64,000 nt of DNA, taken from assembly GCA_964520655.1 (NCBI GenBank), contig CAZFNI010000012.1:1917-65916 (forward strand), written 5' to 3'. This document shows positions 1-12,000 of the stretch, one piece after another; the stretch's first letter is position 1; each line of letters begins with the position of its first letter. This DNA comes from an uncultured Planctomycetales bacterium (lineage in GTDB: Bacteria; Omnitrophota; Gorgyraeia; Zapsychrales; Fredricksoniimonadaceae). The position numbers and the translations under genes are program-made. Below the pieces are notes generated by a model. That model was not told the origin of the DNA, searched no databases, and was given only the letters and a program-made list of their open reading frames with translations.

Positions 1-1397
1 GTCCCTATGCCTACATTATTGGGAACAACCATACCCCCAGGTGGGGCAGACAATGTTGCGTATTGCCCAACACTTATCCCTCCTAAAACCCCTAAAGCAC
101 TACCTGGAGAGATCGTCCCCACCCCTAAGTTTGAATTCTTTAGCATTGCACCTAACGGATGAAGGGTTGAAGTCTCATTAAAAATAATAACGGCATCAGT
201 AAGGCTGCCATTATTATTATTATCTCCCACAAGATTCACTGTGTTTCTTGCCCCCAGCAGCAAGTTTCCTGTTACAGGACTGTTGATATATTCGGCAGGA
301 TCATTAAAATAAATCGAATTCAGATCACGCACATATATATTTCCATTAACATCCATCTGTGCAGCCGGTGCCCAGGTCCCGATCCCCACATTGCCATTGG
401 TGACCACCAACCCGCCTTGCGGCGTCGTTGTCCCAATACCAACCTTATCCGACCCAGTCGTGTTATAAACCGTACCAGTACCCGTCGACCAACCAGAGGC
501 CGCCGATGACGATATTGTCCCTGGGGCCATCCATGTCCCGATACCAGTTGAGCCAGAAACCAACACATACCCCGCTGATGGATTTGAGGATAACTGCAAG
601 CCTGTCGTGCGCGTCGTCCCCTGCACATCCAAAGCCGTACCAGGTGCCATCGACCCGATCCCCACATTACCCTCTACGATCAGCCCGCCAGCAGGCGAGG
701 TGCTTTGTATAAACGATGAATTATAATTAGTCCCAATTCCAACGCCACCCCCGGCAACAACAAACATACTTAATGGATTTAATGTGCCGATGCCTACATT
801 CCCGCTGGTTATAATACCTCCCGTCGGAGATGTGCTTGTAGCGAAGGCACCAAAACTCCCTCCGCCCAATACTGATAAAACACTATTTGGATTTGATGTT
901 CCAACACCAACATTACCGTTAAGATCAATTCTCATTTTCTCAGTGGGGACAACATCAGAATTACTTGTACGCGTTGAAAATATTAAAAGCCCCTGATAGC
1001 CTCCGCCTGTAGCCTCACCACCCCCTATCCATGAATGAGGATACGAATAAGTACCCGTTGTTCCATTAAACCCCATATAAACAAATCCCTGTGTCCCACC
1101 CGGATTACCTGCGGCAGTATTTAAACGAATAACTTCTGAACTATTTGCGCCAATAGCAATATTTAATGGTCTATTGGCAACCCAAGTACCTATCCCAACG
1201 TTCCCAGTAAGAACAACCAACCCACCCTGCGGAGTCGTTGTCCCAATACCGATATTACCCGTAGCCCCTTCCACATGGAAATAGTTCCGGGCATTGTTCT
1301 TGATATTAAAATCTTTCGCGGCAAAAGCAGACATAGGGAAAACCCCTGTCAGGCTTAAGAGCATCAAGATCCTTATGTAACAAAAGAATTTTGTCAT
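1..1397 (-). CDS. Giant secreted glycine-rich repeat protein, second paralog, N-terminal ~465 aa (gene runs off the window's left edge)
   Basis: The reverse complement of 1395-1397 is ATG. The translation is MTKFFCYIRILMLLSLTGVFPMSAFA|AKDFNIKNN...GNIGIGTTTPQGGLVV.TGNVGIGT... This has the same signal-peptidase site and the same GNVGIGT repeat modules as the 3066-12659 protein. The frame stays open to position 1. It is absent from the ORF track, presumably because no stop codon falls inside the window. Confidence 0.6.
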   Translation of the reverse strand, partial: MTKFFCYIRILMLLSLTGVFPMSAFAAKDFNIKNNARNYFHVEGATGNIGIGTTTPQGGLVVLTGNVGIGTWVANRPLNIAIGANSSEVIRLNTAAGNPGGTQGFVYMGFNGTTGTYSYPHSWIGGGEATGGGYQGLLIFSTRTSNSDVVPTEKMRIDLNGNVGVGTSNPNSVLSVLGGGSFGAFATSTSPTGGIITSGNVGIGTLNPLSMFVVAGGGVGIGTNYNSSFIQSTSPAGGLIVEGNVGIGSMAPGTALDVQGTTRTTGLQLSSNPSAGYVLVSGSTGIGTWMAPGTISSSAASGWSTGTGTVYNTTGSDKVGIGTTTPQGGLVVTNGNVGIGTWAPAAQMDVNGNIYVRDLNSIYFNDPAEYINSPVTGNLLLGARNTVNLVGDNNNNGSLTDAVIIFNETSTLHPLGAMLKNSNLGVGTISPGSALGVLGGISVGQYATLSAPPGGMVVPNNVGIG

Positions 1398-1425
1398 TTC
1401 AGTTATCATTTACTAGAACTAACCA

Positions 1426-3081
1426 TCAATTCGCCCTTAAAATGATCAAGGGCTTGCTTGCCTCGTGACTGCGATTGGCTTTCAGTTTTAAAAAATACTG
1501 CAAATTATATTGGGCGGTCGTGTCGAAAGGATCGGCGCTGACCGACCGTTTAAAATATTCTTCTGCAGCAGACCAGTCATTTAATTTCAAACAAACAGCC
1601 GCCAGAGTATTTAATGCGTTTTTGGATCTAGGCTCAATGCGGACCGCTTTGGATAAATAAAGCCTGGCCAGCGTCAAATGCCCCTGGAATAACGCGATCG
1701 AGCCCAAATTGGTGTAAATGACATGGTCCCCATATTGGCCAGTGAGCGCAAGTCCGTACTGCTGCGAAGCATCATCAAACTGTCCTTTAACAAAATAGCC
1801 CCGGGCCAAATACTTATGAACTGTCTTGAGCAACGGGCTCTGTTCCTGCCAGTACGAGGCATATTTCATTTCATCATGCCACAGCTCGTTATAGCGCCAC
1901 GAGATCACTACCCATCCGGAGATCAAGACCACGACCATCACCAGTGACACATTGGCAAAAACACGACGAGCAGGCATGACGATCACATCCGCGAGGATCA
2001 TAAAAAATCCGATCGATGTCCACATCAGCCACTGGGGTGCAAACAGCAGCGCCTGACCGTTGAACAATCCGCCAATAGCCATCAATATCATCCCCAGAAA
2101 AAACCAGGAAAATCCTGCCAATATCCAGACTCTATGGCGAAAAAATCTCCAAAGCACCCAGAACATCACACCCCAGACAGCACAGCCTCCCAAAACCCAG
2201 ACCGCTGTCAGATCCCTAACAACAGGTTTCAGTGTCACCGCGACGATACCATCAGGGACAAAGAATCGGGACACATACCAGACCTGCATCGAAAAACAGG
2301 ACGCGGCATATTCCCACAAGCTCATATGGTAGCCATCGAACTTGGCAAAAATATTTCCGTACAGGCTGGCCCATTTCAATCTCAGCAGGAAATACGCAAA
2401 CGCCGTGATCCACAGAATTCTCTGCTCACGCCAGATCTGAGCAGCTTCTTTTTGCTGAACGAACAGCGACAACAAGGCCAGGGCCGGTGGGAATATAAAC
2501 GCATTCTCATGACAGAATAAAGCTCCCAGATAACACAAAAACACAAAGAATCTTTCCCTAAACGATGTCTTTCTAAAACACAGCACATGGGCACAAAACA
2601 GCAGCAATAGTAATTGCAGCGCGAATATCCCGGCAGATTTGTAATTGACGATAATACCGTTTAACGGATGAACCAGAACGAAAACAGGAACAAGTGTTGA
2701 GAACACAACATTTTTGGATAAGTGCAAAAGCAATGACCGTAGCGCCAGACACGCCGCGATGAACATCAACAGATAAAAAACATGGATGATGACAACATTG
2801 CCATTGCTGATGATATTGATCAACCGGGGAACGATCAAGGCCAGCGGCCGGTAATGATCATCTGTTTGCGGCCCTTCCAAATGCAAAACTTTTGCCTTAT
2901 CAGGAACAAGGTTCAACCATAAATTCCTGGGGTCGCGTGACGCGGCATCAGAGAATGTGTGGTCATCGAGCATGACAGGATGATTGAGCGCGTTAAAGAA
3001 TGTCAGCAGCCCCAACAGCAAGAACAAAATAAAAGCATTTCGTTGAAGTGACAGAAATTTGGCCATCATATCACCCACCAT
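1426..3081 (-). CDS. Polytopic membrane glycosyltransferase (PMT/ArnT-like GT-C fold, GT39/GT83-type) with C-terminal TPR repeats
   Basis: 551 aa. The N-terminus has a 'HPVMLDDHTF' acidic loop motif after TM1 and about 11 hydrophobic helices. The last ~150 aa are TPR-like (ARLYLSKAVRIEP..., AEEYFKRSVSADP...). The start overlaps the stop of the giant gene by 16 nt. Confidence 0.5.
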   Translation of the reverse strand: MVGDMMAKFLSLQRNAFILFLLLGLLTFFNALNHPVMLDDHTFSDAASRDPRNLWLNLVPDKAKVLHLEGPQTDDHYRPLALIVPRLINIISNGNVVIIHVFYLLMFIAACLALRSLLLHLSKNVVFSTLVPVFVLVHPLNGIIVNYKSAGIFALQLLLLLFCAHVLCFRKTSFRERFFVFLCYLGALFCHENAFIFPPALALLSLFVQQKEAAQIWREQRILWITAFAYFLLRLKWASLYGNIFAKFDGYHMSLWEYAASCFSMQVWYVSRFFVPDGIVAVTLKPVVRDLTAVWVLGGCAVWGVMFWVLWRFFRHRVWILAGFSWFFLGMILMAIGGLFNGQALLFAPQWLMWTSIGFFMILADVIVMPARRVFANVSLVMVVVLISGWVVISWRYNELWHDEMKYASYWQEQSPLLKTVHKYLARGYFVKGQFDDASQQYGLALTGQYGDHVIYTNLGSIALFQGHLTLARLYLSKAVRIEPRSKNALNTLAAVCLKLNDWSAAEEYFKRSVSADPFDTTAQYNLQYFLKLKANRSHEASKPLIILRAN

Positions 3082-6000
3082 TGTGTACCGTCGCAGACAA
3101 CGGTAAAAGACTGGTACTGAGTTGTTGTTGAGATCGTTGCGCTTCCATCAACCGTTTCCGCGGCGTTGCCGTCTAAGATCACCGCGTTGGCCGATGAGTC
3201 CGTTTTCTTGATATTATAAAGACGACCAGAAACCGTGCTTGCGGCCGGCAAAGTGATCGTGACCGCACCGCCCGAGGCGTCCACCAATATCACATAATCA
3301 TTGACAGTGGCGGTGTAATTCGCGGTCTTGCTGACAACCGCGACCCCCATTGAACCTTTGAGCTGTAACGAGGATTGGGCCGTCCACGTGCCGATACCGA
3401 CATTTCCTCCATAAAGGATGAACTTGTCCTGCGGCGTTGTCGTTCCAATACCGACATTGCCTTCCACCATCATGCCCCCTGTCGGAGCAGCCGAGATAAC
3501 GTAGGCGGAATTCTTCCCTGTGCCGATACCAACCCCTCCTGATACAGAGAGCCTGCTAGACGCCGTGACTGTTCCTATACCCACATTGCCCCCAATTGGA
3601 TTGATCAGAATATTACCTTTTGAAGCATCACTGGTTGAATCGAGCGTCAAATTGCCAGCCGCGTTATATGTTCCATACAACGTATTAAACATAGCCCGGC
3701 CAAGATAATCAACACTGCCTAAAAAGGAACCTGATGCCGTCCAGATACTCAGCACATTCTGCGTGCTTCCCGACGCCGCAACGATACTCACCGCCGATTT
3801 GGCAGTTGTCGTCGGTTTGATCGTAAAATACGATGGCATGGAACCAAATGCAGAAAGAATTGATGGTGAGCTCCCAAAAACCGTTTCCCCAACAACACTA
3901 AAGGGAACTTCATTCGTTAACCACGTTCCGATCCCTACATTTTCTCCCATGACAACCAGCCTGCCCTGCGGTATCGTCGTGCCAATACCGACATTACCTG
4001 CTGCAGTTACATTAACTAAAACATTCCCTGAAGAATCTTGTGCTTGTATCAAGTCCGCAGTTTGTGCCGCTGCTCCCCGAGATATCAACCCCACAACATT
4101 TGATGCTGTCGGGATCAAAGCAACTTGAGCAATATCCGTATAAAAATTACGGGCAAAATTCAAATGCCCTGTAGAGAGCTGGACCCAGTCATATCTACTG
4201 TCTGTTGAATTAAAGACAGCAAAGGCACCAGCTCCTGGAGCGGCAGATGAACCAGTTGATATAAAACTATACGTCTTGCCTGAGGATGCGGCTGCATTCA
4301 ACGAAACTCCTGCGCCTACAGTTGTTGATAGCCCATTTGCTTTCACATACAGAGGGCCAAGAGCGGCGTTTGTCGTATCCCCAACAACCACCATAGGAAA
4401 TTCTGGCGCGTAGCTTCCAACCCCCACGTTACCCTGAATGATCATGCCATTCCCTGGAGTGGTGTAATAGCCGGCATATAAAGTCCCGACCCCGACTCCA
4501 CCTTGAACATCTAGTTTATTCTTGGATAGCGTAGTCCCCAGACCAACATTACCCGAAGCTGTCACATTACTATTAACAATCCCATCAAAAGAACCGCCGT
4601 TATTGTATTGCAATTGCGATGATGAACCTCCCGGTGTTCCTCCCCCTGATGTTGACAACGTGCTTGCCGCCATCCAGGTACCGATACCCGTTGAACCCGA
4701 CACCAGCACATAACCCGATCCAGGATTACTGCGCACACGTAGTGTATTTGTATCAACGCCCGCCGCAGCCGTCCATGTCCCGACACCAAGATTACCCTTG
4801 CTGACAACTAAAGCGTCCTGCGGGGTTGTTGTACCAATGCCCACATTGCCGTTATCAAAAATGGATGAATTCCCAACCGTTGTCGATGATGCAGCCTTTT
4901 GCAAATAATTTGTTGTCATAGAAGTGTAAGACGGATATGTACTCGTATCGACGGAGAGAGTCCCATCGCCAGACCCAGTCTTGACAAAACCGTTGGACGT
5001 CAAATTTGTTATCTTAGGTGCATTGATCCCTGTCGTAAACTTACCGGTACCCACCACATCCAGACTCTGTGCCGGGTTTACGCTTCCAATACCGACATTC
5101 GTTGTAAAATAGGTATCGCTTGTTCCATACACATCAAGTAAAGCCTGCGGTGCCCAGGTGCCGATCCCCACATTCCCATTCGTGACAACAAATCCCCCCT
5201 GCGGCGTCGTTGTACCGATACCGACCTTGTCTGAACCCGTCGTGTTATAAACCGTTCCCGTCCCCGTCGACCAGCCGGAGGCCGCCCCACCCGTCGCCAG
5301 CGTTGACGCCGCCATCCATGTCCCGATACCTGTCGAGGACGAAACCAAGACACTCCCCGCCGCTGCATTGTTGCCGATCAACCGCAAGCCGGTTGTTTCC
5401 AAAGACGCGTTCGCCGCTGTCCAGGTGCCGATGCCGACATTTCCTCCAACAACGATAAACTTATCCTGAGGCGTGTGTGTTCCAATGCCCACATTACCTT
5501 CAATGATCATCCCCCCGGCAGGTGGTGATGTTGTTAGGAATCTATCGCCATTCTTTACTGTACCAACACCAACATTGCCCACGATCGACAATACAGCCTG
5601 CGGGGATGATGTTCCCAAAGCTACATTGCCGCCACCCACATACAATGCCGATTCTGACGACATCGTAAAAGTATTGATGCCAATATTACCTGTCAGCAGA
5701 AAATTGGTTTTATTGGCAGTGCTCCAGGCAAACGTTGGGGGGACTGATCCTGTAGTCGCACCGATCTGAAGCGTTGAATCCGAATTAGATGTTGCCGGAC
5801 CAATACCCCATGCGGCAGTCGATACCCAATTACCGATCATCTGTGGAAATCCCCCACTGCCTGGTCCGCCATAAGTACCGAAATACAGTTGATCAGGGGC
5901 GCCTGATACTGATCGGTTTGCCCGACCAACCTGTAAAGCAACCCCTGGTTTCCAGGTACCGATCCCAACAAATCCATTCATGACCGTCAGTCCAGCGTTG

Positions 6001-9000
6001 CTCGTCAGCACTGTACCGATCCCCACCCCTCCATTGGCGTCAACGATAAATGGCGCGCTGGTCGGACTCCCTACTTGGAAAACCCCTGCCGGAGCCCATG
6101 TCCCTATCCCCACATTCCCATTAGTCACAACCAACCCACCTTGAGGCGTTATTGTTCCAATACCCACATTATCGGATCCCGTCGTGTTATAAACCGTCCC
6201 AGTACCCGTCGACCAGCCTGAAGCCGCAGCCCCAGTTGCCAGGGTGGACGCCGCCATCCATGTACCGATACCTGTCGAGGACGAAACCAGAACACTCCCC
6301 GCCGATGCATTGTTGCCAATCAAACGTAATCCGGTTGTTTCAAGTGAAGCACTATCTGCCGTCCATGTCCCTATACCGACATTCCCGCCGGTCACGGACA
6401 ATCTAGCCTGCGGTGTTATCGTCCCAACACCCAAATTACCGCTGCCGTCAATAACAACATCAGAATTAGAAGTGGAGTTTGACCGTGAGAAATACAATTT
6501 CCCAGCCCCCACCGAGTTTGACGCGGTTGATGCCCCCATGTACCAGGTGTTAGACCCTGTTGCTCCCAGCTGAATGCTGATCATACTGCTTGGATTTAGG
6601 ATATTTAACCCTGTGCCGTCTCCACCCGAAGCTATGATGCGCTGGGTGCCGTTAACATCCAATGTTGTTCCCGGAGCATAGGAACCGATCCCCACATTAC
6701 CTTGAACGATCATCCCACCGCTTGGCGCGGCAGTCGTCAAATAAGGTGAATTGATCCCCGTCCCAACACCGACATTCCCCACAATAGCCATCTTATTTTT
6801 CGGCACAACCGTACCTACCCCCACATTACCATTAGCATCAAAAACAACTTTGTCTGTCAACGAGCCACTGGATGCTGTTGAAAAAACAAGATTGGTGGAG
6901 TTGGCCGCTGTGTATGTGGTTCTTAATGTCGTTAATGGGCTATAATTTTGCCCTAACGCGCCAGCAAAAACGAAACTAATCCCCTGCGAATCACCAACGG
7001 TTGATCTGGACGTGATCATGGATATCGCTGTGCCGTTGGCCGCATCATTCTGGATCTCAACAGTTCTAGCTGATGGCGATGTTCCCGTTGATGTTGTCCA
7101 AAATGCCGCTGCTACGGGTTCACCGCCCACAGCATTAGCCGTAGTAGTATTCTTGAACAACGCCATAGTGTAGGGAACTGCCGACGTCCCAACGCCCACA
7201 TTACCCCCAGAAGTAATAAGCAGTGGCGATGAATCGTTAGGACCACTGTCATTGATGCGCAGCAATTCTTGCGCGCCGTCACCAACAACCTCCAGTTTTG
7301 AATGCGTCGTCCCAGTACCAATACCAACATTCCCCAAACGAACACTCAACGCATTATCCGGCGCCCACGTGCCGATACCCACATTCCCGTTAGTGACGAC
7401 CAATCCGCCTTGCGGCGTTATTGTTCCAATACCAATATTATCTGACCCTGTCGTGTTATAGACTGTCCCGGTTCCTGTCGACCATCCGCTGGCCGCCCCA
7501 GAAGTTGCCAACGTCGATGCCGCCATCCATGTCCCGATACCCGTCGATGACGACACAAGAACACTCCCCGCCGCTGCCCCGTTACCGATCAATCGCAGGC
7601 CGGTTGTTTCCAAAGAGGCATTCGCCGCCGTCCATGTGCCGATCCCGACATTGCCCCCCAAAACAGCGAGCTGTGCCTGCGGTGTCGTTGTCCCTAAGCC
7701 CACATTGCCCTGGACGATCATCCCTCCGCTTGGGGCTGCACTGGTTACAAATGAAGAATTTATTCCAGTGCCAATGCCAACGCCTCCAACAGTAGACAAT
7801 TTATTAAATGGTGTGAATGTCCCAACACCCAAATTACCTGATTCATCGATCGTGATTTTTGCTGCATCCGAAACACCGATCATCACACCAAATACCCGAT
7901 TCACGATACCCCGGCCAAAAACAAAACCATAATGACCATTACTTGCAGCTGGAACACTGTTGCCTATACCGATCGCAACACCATTATCATTGTTTATTGT
8001 ATTGCTAGAACCAATAGCGATCGCTCCGGAAGAAGCATTTGTGTTATTGCTATAACCAAAAACCATGGACTGCCAACCGTTAGTATTTGAATACCCAAGA
8101 CTGATCCCATTGGAACCAGAACCGATGTTTACCCCGCCGGTTGATTGCTCCCCTGTGATTGCGATCGTACTGCTTTTAACTTCCAATGTCGCAATGGGAG
8201 CCCACGTTCCAATCCCCACATTCCCATTCATCACCACAAGCCCGCCCTCTGGAGTAGTTGTTCCAACACCCACCTTATCACTACCCGTTGTGTTATAGAC
8301 TATCCCTGTACCCGTCGACCAACCGGACGCCGCACCGGATGTCGCCAGCGTAGATGCTGCCATCCATGTCCCAATACCAGTCGATGATGACACAAGCACG
8401 CTTCCTGCCGCGGCACCGTTGCCGATCAGCCGCAAGCCGGTTGTTTCCAAAGAAGTATTAGCTGCGGTCCACGTACCAATACCCACATTACCCCCGACAA
8501 CGATCAACTTATCTTGCGGCGTATGTGTTCCAATTCCCACATTACCTTCAATGATCATTCCACCTGCTGGAGGTGATGTTGTCAGGAATCGATCCCCATT
8601 CTTAACAGTGCCTACACCAACATTGCCAACGATCGACAATACAGCCTGCGGCGATGTCGTTCCGATCGCTAGATTCCCTGAGGCTATATACAATGCCGAT
8701 TCTTTTGACATCGCAAAAGTATTGATCCCAATATTACCCGTCAACATTAAATTCGTAGGATAAGTATTAGACCATGTAAATGGAGCAGAAACGGGTGTGG
8801 ACGTACCTCCAATTCTTAACGTAAAATCAGTATTAATCGCTGATGCAGGCCCGATCCCCCATGCTCCAGAACTCATCCAATTCCCAACCATCTGAGGATA
8901 ACCGGCTGTGTTACTATATGAAGCAAACCATAACTGGTCCGGAGATCCGCTAACAATTTGATTATATTTACCAAACTGCATCGCTACATCAGGCTTCCAT

Positions 9001-12000
9001 GTCCCGATACCGACTCTCCCATTTAATATAGTGATCGCAGCGCTCTGCGTATTGACCGTACCAATCCCAATATTACCTTGATTATCTACAACAAAACCCA
9101 GGCCATTACCAACGGAATTAACTTGAAATGCCGCCTGCGGCGCCCATGTTCCGATACCCACATTCCCGTTAGTGACAACCAATCCACCTTGAGGCGTTGT
9201 TGTCCCGATGCCGACATTATCAGAACCCGTAGTGTTGTAAACCGTTCCCGTTCCCGTCGACCAGCCCGAGGCTGCTCCGGATGTCGCCAACGTAGATGCT
9301 GCCATCCATGTCCCGATACCCGTCGATGATGACACTAGCACACTCCCCGCCGCCGCTCCGTTGCCGATCAAACGCAGACCAGTTGTTTCAAGAGACGCAT
9401 TATCTGCTGTCCATGTACCGATCCCTACATTCCCTCCGATCACAGAGAATTTTGCTTGAGGCGTTACTGTGCCAATACCAATATTGCTGCGGTAACTCCC
9501 TGAAGAATTAACCCCCAGGATAACATCACCATCCTGACCACTCCCATTTTTTGCCCCGCCAGTAATATAGACATTCCCCCCGCTGTAATTCGCATTATCG
9601 CCAGGACCACCTGATAAATTCAAATAACCGCCGGGAAGACCTGAAGCACCATAAACACTTCCTGGAACGATATTAATAAAATTACCACCGCTGTATTCTC
9701 CTGCGATCGTTATCGTGGGCCTGGGTTCCGCTCCCCCTGTGGTCCCCCCTTTAAGATTGATCGACCCGCCAGAAGATCCTCCAGTCGTCATATCAATGGT
9801 GGCACCATTATTCGACCCTGACCCGGAATTGCCCGTTGTGATCGCAACCCCTCCCCCAAAGCCTGTTGTCCCATTCTGACCATTCAACGTGATGGAACCG
9901 CCGCTGGCCTGGCTGTTCGCAACACTTCCTCCAGCGGTTAATGTTACCGAACCACCAACACCTGTTCCCGTTGAGGTGCCTCCAGTAAACGAAAGAGAAC
10001 CGCCATTGGTGTTGTTGGCTGTCGGTGTCCCACCTTTCATTTGAATTGATGTACTGTTACTGGATGGTGGAGCATTTACAGCAAAATAAGCCGCAGGGAA
10101 TATACTTCCTATCCCAACATTACCGATCGGCGCCACCACAAAAGCTCCATTAGGCGCCCAGGTGCCTATCCCAACATTCCCATTGGTCACAACTAATCCG
10201 CCTTGCGGTGTCGTTGTCCCGATCCCAATATTATCCGATCCCGTCGTGTTATATACCGTGCCCGTGCCCGTCGACCAACCTGACGCCGCTCCTGATGTCG
10301 CCAGCGTTGACGCAGCCATCCAGGTCCCAATACCCGTTGAACCAGAGACCAAAACACTCCCTGCCGCAGCCCCGTTGCCGATCAACCGCAGACCAGTTGT
10401 TTCAAGAGACGCATTATCTGCTGTCCATGTGCCGATCCCGACATTGCCACCAATAACCGACAGCTTAGATTGAGGCGTCATTGTGCCGATACCCAAATTG
10501 CCCATGCCATCAATCCTCATAAGTTGAGTTGTTACACCGCCTGACTTCTTAGAAAAAGTTGTATTATTCCCTGAAAATATAATCATTTCACCAGAATCAA
10601 TACCAAAACCATACCTATCGCCCCCAACGCCGCCATCGTAAAGATATATTTTATCTAACCCTCCAATTTGAGCAAAGGTAAGCGGTGCTGTTGGTGATGC
10701 ATTTCCAATACCTACATATCCAGTTGTTGTGTCCACTACTAAAGAGTTGATGCCTACTTGTAAAGTTTTATTTGGTGCCCACGTCCCGATCCCAACATTT
10801 CCATTGGTCACAACCAACCCGCCCTGCGAAGTTGACGTCCCAATACCAACATTATCCGTCCCCGTCGTTGTATATACTGTCCCCGTCCCCGAAGTCCACG
10901 GCCCTGACGCCGCCGGCAATGTCCCCGCCGCCATCCAGGTCCCAATACCCGTTGACGACGAAACCAAAACACTCCCTGCCGCAGCCCCGTTGCCGATCAA
11001 CCGCAGGCCAGTCGTTTCCAATGAAGCGTTATCCGCCGTCCATGTACCAATACCGACGTTCCCGCTAGTAACCATAAACGCTCCTTGCGGTGTCGTTGTC
11101 CCAATCCCCACATTACTTCCTCTGCTGGCTGGAATACCCACAATCGCGACATCATATTGCCCGCTCCACATATTTTGAAAATATGTTGATGCTGCCAGAA
11201 TATCAAGTCCATTATTCGAACTTTGAGCGCCATTAGTTGACCAAATAAATCCTCTTGATGCATTAGCACCTAAAGTTAATCTCCCATCCCAGGATCCCGC
11301 CGTGTTCGTGATCGATAAATTCCCCTCAGCTATATCAACTTTAGCAACGGGCTTCCATGTACCAATACCCACATTGCCATTCATCACAACCAACCCGCCC
11401 ACAGGCGTTGTTGTGCCGACACCAACGTTACCATTGCCATTTATCATAAATAGTGTCTTGTAACTGCTAGGGTTTCCTGCTGTGGTTGGTCCCCTGATCA
11501 AACTATATGCATCGTTTTGAACGTCAATTCTCGATGCCCATTCTGGATAACCAGCTTCATCAACCCATCCAGATTCATTGCCGTTAACTCGTATATCAAG
11601 ATAGCGAGCGCCAGCTCCAGCACTCGTGATAAAACGCGAAGAAGGCCCAGACGATGAATAAAATTTCAACGGACTAACTTGACCGCCATTGCCGATGTTA
11701 ACGCCAACAGCATATGAAGCAACACCCAGATCTAATGTGTATGCTGGCACTGTCGTTCCAATGCCGATCAAACCACTGGTAAGCACGTTAAACTTTCGAT
11801 TAACGTCAAATAAACTTACAGGCGCCCACGTCCCAATCCCCACATTCCCATTAGTCACTACTAACCCACCCTGTGGCGTCGTTGTCCCGATACCGATATT
11901 ATCCGACCCCGTCGCCGTATACACCGTCCCCGTACCAGAAGACCATGGTCCAGCCGCCGCCGGCAATGTCCCGGCAGCCATCCACGTCCCGATACCAGTC

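Noticed and set aside
320-996. ORF-track entries 320..667(-), 428..712(+) and 784..996(+) at the left edge.
   Set aside because: They are off-frame or antisense to the partial giant-paralog CDS that runs from 1397 to the window edge. Their translations are low-complexity Pro/Arg-rich sequences typical of wrong-frame reads of the repeat.
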